Part shown: positions 62,040 to 64,000 of the stretch, one piece after another
Layout of the letters: each line of letters starts with the position of its first letter
Position numbering within the stretch: the stretch's first letter is position 1
Virus record (IMG/VR): IMGVR_UViG_3300012662_000008
Span: 32,001-96,000 of that record
Length of the DNA: 64,000 bases
From: a virus
Lineage: Duplodnaviria; Caudoviricetes
Reading direction: 5' to 3' (one strand)
Notes under the pieces: model-generated
Told to the model about the DNA's origin: nothing
The model's database searches: none
The model's input: only the letters and a program-made list of their open reading frames with translations
Translations under genes and position numbers: made by a program

Positions 62040-62195
62040 TTAATATCTCTTAGGCATCCTATAAGAAGCTCTATCCTTCTTTATCTCTTTCATTGCGGCT
62101 TCATAACCATCCTCGTAACCACACTCGTAGTCACTGCCAGTCTTGTCGTAATCATCATAACGACCAGCGTTTTCTCTAATTTCCCACATTCTCAT
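62040..62195 (-). CDS. Small hypothetical protein, 51 aa
   Basis: MRMWEIRENAG...YECGYEDGYEAAM...RY*. Fills the gap with 1-2 nt spacing; below the ORF-track cutoff. Confidence 0.7.
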   Translation of the reverse strand: MRMWEIRENAGRYDDYDKTGSDYECGYEDGYEAAMKEIKKDRASYRMPKRY

Positions 62196-62197
62196 AA

Positions 62198-62716
62198 CTA
62201 ATTTTTATTTAATTGCTCAACCAATCGTTTGTTTGTTTCCATTAATTCAGACAAACTCTTCGACATAACTCCTATTTGTTGTTTTAAGTCATTTATTTCA
62301 TTTCTCTGCGCTTGTTTTTCAGCAAACTCGGGATTCAGATCAGATAAGATTTTATCACAATTTGCTATAAACTTTTTGTGAAAATCTATACTATTTATAA
62401 TATCTGAACTCTTTTGTTTTAACGAGAGAATTTCTGCGTTCATTGCGTCTTTGCTACTCGAAATAACGATCGACTCTCCGTTTGAAGAAGAATCAGCAAC
62501 ATCTAGTTGTGCTGGCAAACTATTATAATTAACAGTCTGATCTCCAATTTTAACAATTATATCGACTACTGTTTCTTGCTGTTGTCCGAAAACAGGCGGA
62601 ACCTGATATTTCGGTCTCGGTGTTGAAACGGAAGAAACATAACCGATCTCCATAAAAGGTTCCGCTCCTTTATGAAAAATATAAACGGAACTATTTGTTC
62701 TTAATGATTGAAACAT
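62198..62716 (-). CDS. Conserved hypothetical protein with C-terminal coiled coil, 172 aa
   Basis: Intact ORF in an operon. Confidence 0.75.
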   Translation of the reverse strand: MFQSLRTNSSVYIFHKGAEPFMEIGYVSSVSTPRPKYQVPPVFGQQQETVVDIIVKIGDQTVNYNSLPAQLDVADSSSNGESIVISSSKDAMNAEILSLKQKSSDIINSIDFHKKFIANCDKILSDLNPEFAEKQAQRNEINDLKQQIGVMSKSLSELMETNKRLVEQLNKN

Positions 62717-62719
62717 AAT

Positions 62720-63055
62720 TTATCCTATATTTTGTAACGTGTTTGTTGTTCTATCATAATACATCAGATATATACCCGTACCAGACCAATCTGCAACAGT
62801 TATATTTGCACTGTTATAAGTTGTAACATTTTGTTTTCCATTTGTCGAATTAAAAACAATTGGCAATGTAGTAGTAGTTCCGGAAGCAATTTCTTGCTCT
62901 ATTTTAACCAATACTAAGCCTGAATAAGTTTCACTAAACAATCGGTTTCCATCAAAATAAAATTCGACATCATCTGTTCCTACTGTTACTCGCGTGCTCT
63001 GTACTCTAGGAATACCTGCTTTATTTGACCAATAATATCCTGGAAAAACTAACAT
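62720..63055 (-). CDS. Hypothetical beta-rich protein, 111 aa
   Basis: Intact ORF in an operon. Confidence 0.7.
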   Translation of the reverse strand: MLVFPGYYWSNKAGIPRVQSTRVTVGTDDVEFYFDGNRLFSETYSGLVLVKIEQEIASGTTTTLPIVFNSTNGKQNVTTYNSANITVADWSGTGIYLMYYDRTTNTLQNIG

Positions 63056-63073
63056 AATACACCTCCTGGCATA

Positions 63074-63970
63074 CTATGCCCATAATCCTGGATTTGCTAC
63101 TGTACCATATACTCCGCTAGTAAGATAACTAGGAATTGCTGTTAAGTTAGGATACTGAACTGCAACTGTAGCTGGCATTGAGTTCTTGATCGCAGTTACC
63201 TCGTTCTGAATTGGAGTTACCAACCCTGAAACGTACGCCTGAATCTGAGCTGTTTGATTTGCATTTGAGATTGAGTTCTGGAGAGCTGTGTTAGTCGCTG
63301 TAAGGGTGTCTATCTTGCTCTGGAGTTCTCTTTCTTTTATTGCACAGAACTGCTGATCCATTAACGCTGTTTGATTTGAAATAGCTGCTGTTATTGCGGC
63401 TGTATTTCCGTCTATCTTGCTTCCAAGCTGGTTTGTTTGTTCAAGAGTACGAATCTGAGCTTCATAACCCTGTGATGTCGTGAGAAGTTTGTTCTCGCAG
63501 CAACATTGTGCAAGCTGACTAGCAAGTGTTTGATTTCCAGCCTGTATTGCATTAATTACCTGTTGTCCAGAAAGACCAACAGTGTTACCAACAGACTGCA
63601 CTTGACTACCAACAGCATTGATCGCTGCTTGAATTTGACCAGTTGAACAATTAAGCGAGCTAGATAATTGAGAAATAGCAGTACCATTACCATTAATTGC
63701 TTGCATAAGTAAGTCTCGTCCATAATCGTTATTAAGTTGTGATTCTAGTCCAGTTCCACGGCCATTTCCGTAACCAAATCCACCCCATCCCATAAGGAAA
63801 AAGAGAAAGATTATTCACATAAACCAGCCACCTTCGCCAAAACCACCATCTCTGTCCTTCATAAGAGCAAGGACTCCAGGGTCTATTCCACGTTGCTGTA
63901 AAAGTGGAATAACACCAGAAAGTAATCCGGAATCATTTCCGAATACATAAGTTTTTGCATCTTCTGCCAT
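63074..63970 (-). CDS. Membrane-anchored Gln/Asn-rich coiled-coil protein with CCCEN motif, 298 aa
   Basis: Extends through one TGA in GWFM-W-IIFLFFLMGWGG to ATG 63970. Confidence 0.8.
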
Positions 63971-64000
63971 AATAAGTAAGTTTTTAAGTTAAAAATATCT

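Noticed and set aside
1648-63000. The many + strand ORFs in the track (e.g. 1648..2112, 20027..20602, 29844..30728, 57488..57835)
   Set aside because: Antisense shadows of long minus-strand genes, with Ser/Phe/Leu/Ile-rich composition and no motifs
46524-63076. TAG reassignment (code 15)
   Set aside because: TAG ends genes at sensible boundaries (46524, 48218, 50040, 54185, 57513, 62198, 63074) and was not needed to join fragments
1-64000. Suppressor tRNA-Trp(UCA) or other tRNA/rRNA genes
   Set aside because: No cloverleaf recognised in the short intergenic regions by eye. It may lie outside the window; tRNAscan-SE or ARAGORN is needed.

Overview
The window is part of a large crAss-like (Crassvirales-type) phage genome, most likely infecting a Bacteroidota host, and covers the late/virion gene module, almost all on the minus strand. 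TGA is read as Trp (genetic code 4). With that code the fragmented ORF track collapses into a tightly packed gene array, many junctions having 0-3 nt gaps. It contains three giant cargo genes (1539 aa with a RecB-like PD-(D/E)XK nuclease; a 3385 aa single-chain RNA polymerase with a zincin motif; 3028 aa with hydrophobic segments and an SF1 helicase), further cargo, tail and ring genes, and a 480 aa major capsid protein split by four group I introns. A fifth group I intron interrupts the RNAP catalytic GS|DYDID motif. There are five homing-type endonuclease genes and eight Bacteroidetes-type TTTG-N19/20-TAnnTTTG promoters. The least explained signal is a dispersed set of four RepL/wHTH genes associated with three different 21-bp-periodic iteron-like arrays, two of which share a flanking 18-mer. 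Other signals: a TGA-free capsid block, ATG-TGA gene starts, a candidate ~95-nt sRNA and a recurring K-x-x-x-GG motif in cargo proteins. No tRNA, portal or terminase gene was recognised. Family assignments come from motif recognition by eye, not database searches. Readthrough joins were checked by frame arithmetic, and many but not all gaps were translated by hand.
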